Origin: Perkinsus chesapeaki ATCC PRA-425
Taxonomy: Eukaryota > Protista > Perkinsozoa
Length of the DNA stretch: 64,000 nt
Assembly: GCA_013115145.1 (NCBI GenBank)
Contig: JAAPAO010000126.1
Coordinates: forward strand, 1-64,000
Reading direction: 5' to 3'
A program made the translations under genes and the position numbers. Below the pieces are notes generated by a model that saw only the letters and a list, made by a program, of their open reading frames with translations, did no database searches and had not been told where the DNA came from. This document shows positions 60,626-64,000 of this stretch, one piece after another (positions within the stretch are counted from its first letter, which is position 1; every line of letters starts with the position of its first letter).

Positions 60626-63600
60626 CTAGGGCGATAGGGTCGGTGAGGCAGGGGACGATCCACCATGCTGGTGAAAGTGAGGTTGACTATTCACTTGTTC
60701 TTGGGTCGGCATTCGCTCGTTTTCGAGGTCCAGATTCTTGACCTCGGCAAATTTCTGCAGTTCATTCTTCAAAGCATCACGACCAGATAATAATAAACCA
60801 GGTGCTAACCTGGTAATATAAATATAATTAATATCAATAAATATATTATAACCTATGTCCTGGGCATACACCTTTAAGATTGATAATAGTCTCATTCTCT
60901 TCTCTAAGGGTTTTAAACATAAGCATCATTCTACTTACCTAAATTAATAATATTAATAATATCATATATATCATTACAGTCTGTATCTTCTTCCTCATAC
61001 GGTCTGCCTTCTCCTTAGTCGATTCCTTCACCGGTGACTCAGCCTCCCGACCTGCCTCATACTACCAAATATACCCCATAAACTAGCATTACCTTCCTCA
61101 ACAACCTTAGCAGCTTCCGCCATCATATGCTGGTGTAACCGCGCCGCCAATGACACCGATGCATTCTGAGGTTCTCTCCATTCCCAACAGAGACCCAACC
61201 CACAACTACCTGCTCCTCAGAAAGACTTGCAGATCTCGCCAAGTTGAGCTGCTTCACATCAGCCTGTGGCAAATCGGGCAGTTCTAGCTCGGATACCTCA
61301 GTGTCTTGGGAGCCCTGCTGGAACCGTGCAACGGTAGAGGAAAAACAAGGCCACTACAGCCTGTGGCTTCAGTAGATGGAATAACATCTCAGTTATCTTT
61401 TCTGCTACAAATGGCATAGACCAGGCAAACACATCCATAAAGTTAGGTAGATGATATCTATTTAATAATAATTATTAATTATAATAATAATATCACTTAC
61501 GGATGCTTAGTGAAGTTGAATTGTAATATGTTTAAAGTATTATTCTCAAACTTCAATACCGCACCCTAAAATAATATTATATTTTATATTAATAATATAT
61601 ATTACCTTATTATTATAAACATCACAATAATTAGGTGCCGAGAATATAGTAATAACAGATGGGAACCCTGTTGCCTCTATCTTTTCTAAATACAAGTAAT
61701 ACACTAACTACATCCACATGTGCTTCCCAAATACATGCTATCTGCCACTCGAGAAAGCCATCTTTCGCCCAACCACTACGGAAAATATCCACTTAGATTC
61801 TAGAAGCTACAAATGGCGACGAGACTCTCGTGAAATGCGCGAAGATTTTTCATTTCTTATCAACAGAAGGAGGCATCCACAGGCGTGGCCCAAATAACCA
61901 CTGATAAATCACTTCACTTGGTTAACCACTTTGCAATCGTGTATCGTTTATATGTAGGCTAATAGGATTATATTATTGAACAAGAGATCTAGCCATCACT
62001 TGGCTAGCAAGTAAAGTGCGGCTCGAACCGTTTGCCGTCTTGGACCGAGTCGTAGCGTGAAGTCGACATGTGAACTAGAGTCTATATTTCCTCAACGAGT
62101 TAATATAGATTGTAAGTAGCTCCTTCCAAAGTAAGCCACCGAGTTGCCCAAAGTCAATGATGATCGAGAGCTCCCTACTGACCCCCCTTTATTATTACTA
62201 TGCATTTTATATCCCTCCAACTGTGCCTCATGTGCTCTAATAACTGACAGTAATCTGATCAGCAAATCCTGTAAATAGTGAAGGGACAACTAAGGAGTAG
62301 CTACGAGTTCTTCCCTAGGAATTTACTAGTGCCGTCAAAGGTGAAGAAGTAGCTACATCCACGCACCTAGCATCAGTAGCACAGTAACCAAGGCTAAACC
62401 CATTGAGCTACGTCGTTGTGGACGAATGGTACTTCGTGCCCTTTCGATGATGCTCCCTCGACTTGCTCCTTCTCAGGGTCACTCCATAGAATGTCACTAG
62501 TAACACTATAACGGTAGTAAAACCAAGTGTTCTAGTACCAAACGATTCCCTGTCGAGGAGGCTCTTGGAATCTATTTATATTATTGAAGTCACCTAGACC
62601 ACTGAGCTCCGGGGATAGGCCTCCGTGAACACACAAGAATTTGCCTGGAAAATACCTGTATCCTGTATCGGTGGCGTCTTACACTACCGTTAACAACAGC
62701 AGCAAGGGGCAGGTTGTCGAAGGACCCCATAAACAACTCGTAGACACTCATATTGTGCTTGTACCTGGTCAGAGAAGCATCCAATCCGAGGTTCCTCAAA
62801 AATGGCATCTCCGTAATGAGAAGGTGCAATAGGAAGTTTAATAGGAAATCGGAATCTCCTGCGAACAGTTGACGTTCCTCTATGACCCCCTGTACGTAGT
62901 GGCTTGGGTGATCGATACAAACAACGTTATTGATGGTCCATTGCGAAGACCGCGAGATCTATCCCACATCGGCCGACCGGACATCAGCCGCAGGTTACCC
63001 TTTTACTCGCATTCATCCCGAAAGTTGAAGTATGCAGTCATTTGGCGACATTCATGATTCCCACGTAATAATGTTATCGTTTTAGGATAATTAATCTTCA
63101 ATGCGTACCTATTATAATATTAAATAATAATATATATAATTATTACAATAATAATAACACTTCAACACTAAAACTACCTCTATCAACATAATCACCAAGG
63201 AAGAGATATCTAATCAACAACAAATTAATGATGATGAGTTAATAATAATACCGTACTGTGTTGTAGATGGATCACCTCCAACATCCAACAACTTCATTAA
63301 ATCATAATATCTAATAATAATATTATTTATTAATATATTATTTATTATTACTGTCCATGTATATCCCCAACAACTGTTATTGGATCTTTAAGTTTAACCA
63401 TATTAGGTTCGGCTGCACAAAGCTCAGAACACCATTTAACTATTCTATTAATTGATTCAATATACAATCTTCCCTCACCAAACTAATAATAATATAAATA
63501 ATATAATATTATATATATAACTTACTAAATGCTTTTTCAAACATCGCCAATCTGGTGGGGATGTCTCACCATCCGGGAATAGTAACTTCGGTGACAGGGG

Positions 63601-63713
63601 CTAACATTGATCGAATGAGTGCCGGGAGCAGACCTTGTCATTATTACTGCCCCAGGAGGTGCACTGACTGATGCAACTGGCCGATCGCTTAAAGGGTCCT
63701 TTAAGGGTTCCAT
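60626..63713 (-). CDS. CNA: Calcineurin catalytic subunit A (PP2B), tandem copy 2
   Basis: Same motif set and intron positions as copy 1 ([11 protein letters not shown]...[15 protein letters not shown]). No frameshift seen at the junctions checked. Confidence 0.95.
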
Positions 63714-64000
63714 TTAACCAAAGTCACTATGGACCATTTATCGATTCGGCGAAGCTTGTCCCCAGGGCAAGTGAAGACTGATAAACTATCACAGTGGGGA
63801 ATATATGGAAGATGATATATTTCATATCGGGATTAGCATTCGTCAAGGACTTCCCCGAGTTGTTATTCGGAAAGTTAGGCTCCCTAGTCACTTCACTTTC
63901 GAGCCACTAAAGCTGCTACACAGGGCGAGCGAGGGTTATTCTGCGCAAAGTTCAACAACCTTGGCCCAAGATGCCGCCTATTGCCTCCGCATCAAAGCTT

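Noticed and set aside
61989-62011. Spliced-leader RNA gene (TAGCCATCACTTGGCTAGCAAG)
   Set aside because: Needs two 2-nt insertions to match the leader and lacks the 5' ACCG. The similarity is explained by a simple hairpin.

Overview
Gene-dense, intron-rich eukaryotic DNA with many short (about 40-60 nt) GT-AG introns and one 96-N scaffold gap. It is most likely a Perkinsus-like myzozoan alveolate; this is inferred from intron style and myzozoan-type COX6B, uS15m, ATPTG7 and calcineurin A sequences. Exons were stitched by eye, so most gene ends are approximate. About 30 protein genes are supported. Housekeeping genes: COX6B, epsilon-COP, Rpn1, uS15m, ABCF, ATPTG7-like, MNS1, SURF6, RPC11, a PfkB kinase and IMPase. 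Signalling-type genes: an ELMO-domain protein, an LRR-RING-TRAF zinc finger-SH3 protein, a membrane TIR-like protein, a membrane-anchored alpha/beta-hydrolase, a double 2H-phosphoesterase, three EF-hand proteins and two tandem calcineurin A genes. A 56-bp minisatellite spans the gap. No complete tRNA, rRNA, CRISPR array or intact transposon was seen. Most notable observations: (1) a family of tRNA 3'-end/B-box fragments, one of which makes up almost a whole intron of the Pol III subunit gene RPC11; (2) an intronless TIR-like protein whose TIR fold is split by a transmembrane hairpin, head-to-head with an alpha/beta-hydrolase; (3) a protein with one active-looking and one pseudo 2H domain; (4) an LRR-RING-TRAF-SH3 architecture; (5) patchwork identity between the calcineurin A paralogues, suggesting gene conversion.
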